Assembly (NCBI GenBank): GCA_039801225.1
Contig: JBDRUH010000032.1
Span: 1-16,054, forward strand
From: a candidate division WOR-3 bacterium
GTDB lineage: Bacteria; Hydrothermota; Tepidihabitantia; Tepidihabitantales; Tepidihabitantaceae
Length of the DNA stretch: 16,054 nucleotides
Direction of reading: 5' to 3'
Under the pieces are notes generated by a model, which saw only the letters and a list, made by a program, of their open reading frames with translations, ran no database searches and was not told the origin of the DNA. Shown here in pieces: positions 15,793-16,054 of this stretch. Position 1 is the stretch's first letter; every line of letters begins with the position of its first letter. A program made the position numbers and the translations under genes.

Positions 15793-15917
15793 TAAATCCG
15801 AAATCCTAAATCCTAAACAAATTCAAAATATTAATGTCCAAAATCCAAAATGTTTTGGTAATTTGGATTTTGATATCAGAGATTGTTTAGGATTTAGTGC
15901 TTTGAAATTAGGATTTA
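15793..15917. repeat. Heptamer-based long imperfect palindrome (candidate non-autonomous repeat element)
   Basis: Left arm TAAATCC GAAATCC TAAATCC TAAAC. Perfect 15-bp inverted repeat CTAAATCCTAAACAA (15806-15820)/TTGTTTAGGATTTAG (15883-15897); inner 11-bp IR CAAAATCCAAA (15839-15849)/TTTGGATTTTG (15862-15872); outer TAAATCC (15793-15799)/GGATTTA (15911-15917). Confidence 0.8.
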
Positions 15918-15923
15918 TTGTTC

Positions 15924-15951
15924 TTGACTCTTATGCCGTTCTTTTTATCAT
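15924..15951 (+). promoter_or_regulatory. Sigma-70-type promoter of thi4, probably leaderless
   Basis: TTGACT (15924-15929), 16 nt, TATCAT (15946-15951), 5 nt, ATG (15957). No SD. Confidence 0.55.
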
Positions 15952-15956
15952 AAACT

Positions 15957-16054
15957 ATGATATTAAAAGAAATTGAAATCTCACAGGCAATAATTGAAAG
16001 ATACTTTAAACTTCTCCTTGACAATCTTTCCGTGGATGTGGCGGTGGTTGGCGC
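15957..16054 (+). CDS. thi4: Thi4-family thiazole synthase (sulfide-dependent type likely), 5' end only; truncated by the window edge and missing from the ORF track
   Basis: Manual translation gives MILKEIEISQAIIERYFKLLLDNLSVDVAVVGA..., matching the characteristic Thi4 N-terminus (E..ISRAI...Y...L...L..DVAIVGAGP). Confidence 0.8.
   Translation, partial: MILKEIEISQAIIERYFKLLLDNLSVDVAVVG

Noticed and set aside
15740..15917. CRISPR array or TPP riboswitch
   Set aside because: Repeats are 6-7 nt tandem or inverted units with no unique spacers and no cas genes; conserved THI-box motifs were not found.
15782..15976. 64-aa ORF MRNSKSEILNPKQIQN…
   Set aside because: It is a translation of the heptamer palindrome and overlaps the thi4 promoter and start in another frame; most likely non-coding.

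Overview
Bacterial chromosomal window that is mostly housekeeping. It opens in the 3' part of a tmRNA (ssrA) gene. Next comes a self-contained sigma-54 module: a cytoplasmic GAF-type histidine kinase and an NtrC-family activator, then tandem palindromic enhancer-like sites, an IHF-like site and a GG-N10-GC promoter upstream of a small double-Cys-cluster protein and glutamate dehydrogenase, ending in a terminator. An envelope block follows: a degenerate M23/EnvC-like protein, then pal-cpoB-tolQ-tolR-short tolA/tonB with no tolB, then lemA-htpX. dnaE and hutI lie on the minus strand, and a divergent thi4-type thiazole synthase runs off the right edge. Most notable: (1) the uncharacterised duplicated CxxCx5C...CEE[FY] protein at the head of the sigma-54/GDH unit; (2) a Pal whose peptidoglycan-binding GHxDxRG motif is replaced by GHCCPIG, in a Tol cluster lacking tolB; (3) several apparently leaderless genes (dnaE, hutI, thi4); (4) a heptamer-built ~125-bp palindromic element and GAGGTT/AACCTC hexamer tracts in intergenic DNA. 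No integrase, transposase or CRISPR array was seen. All protein family calls come from motif recognition by eye, not database searches.
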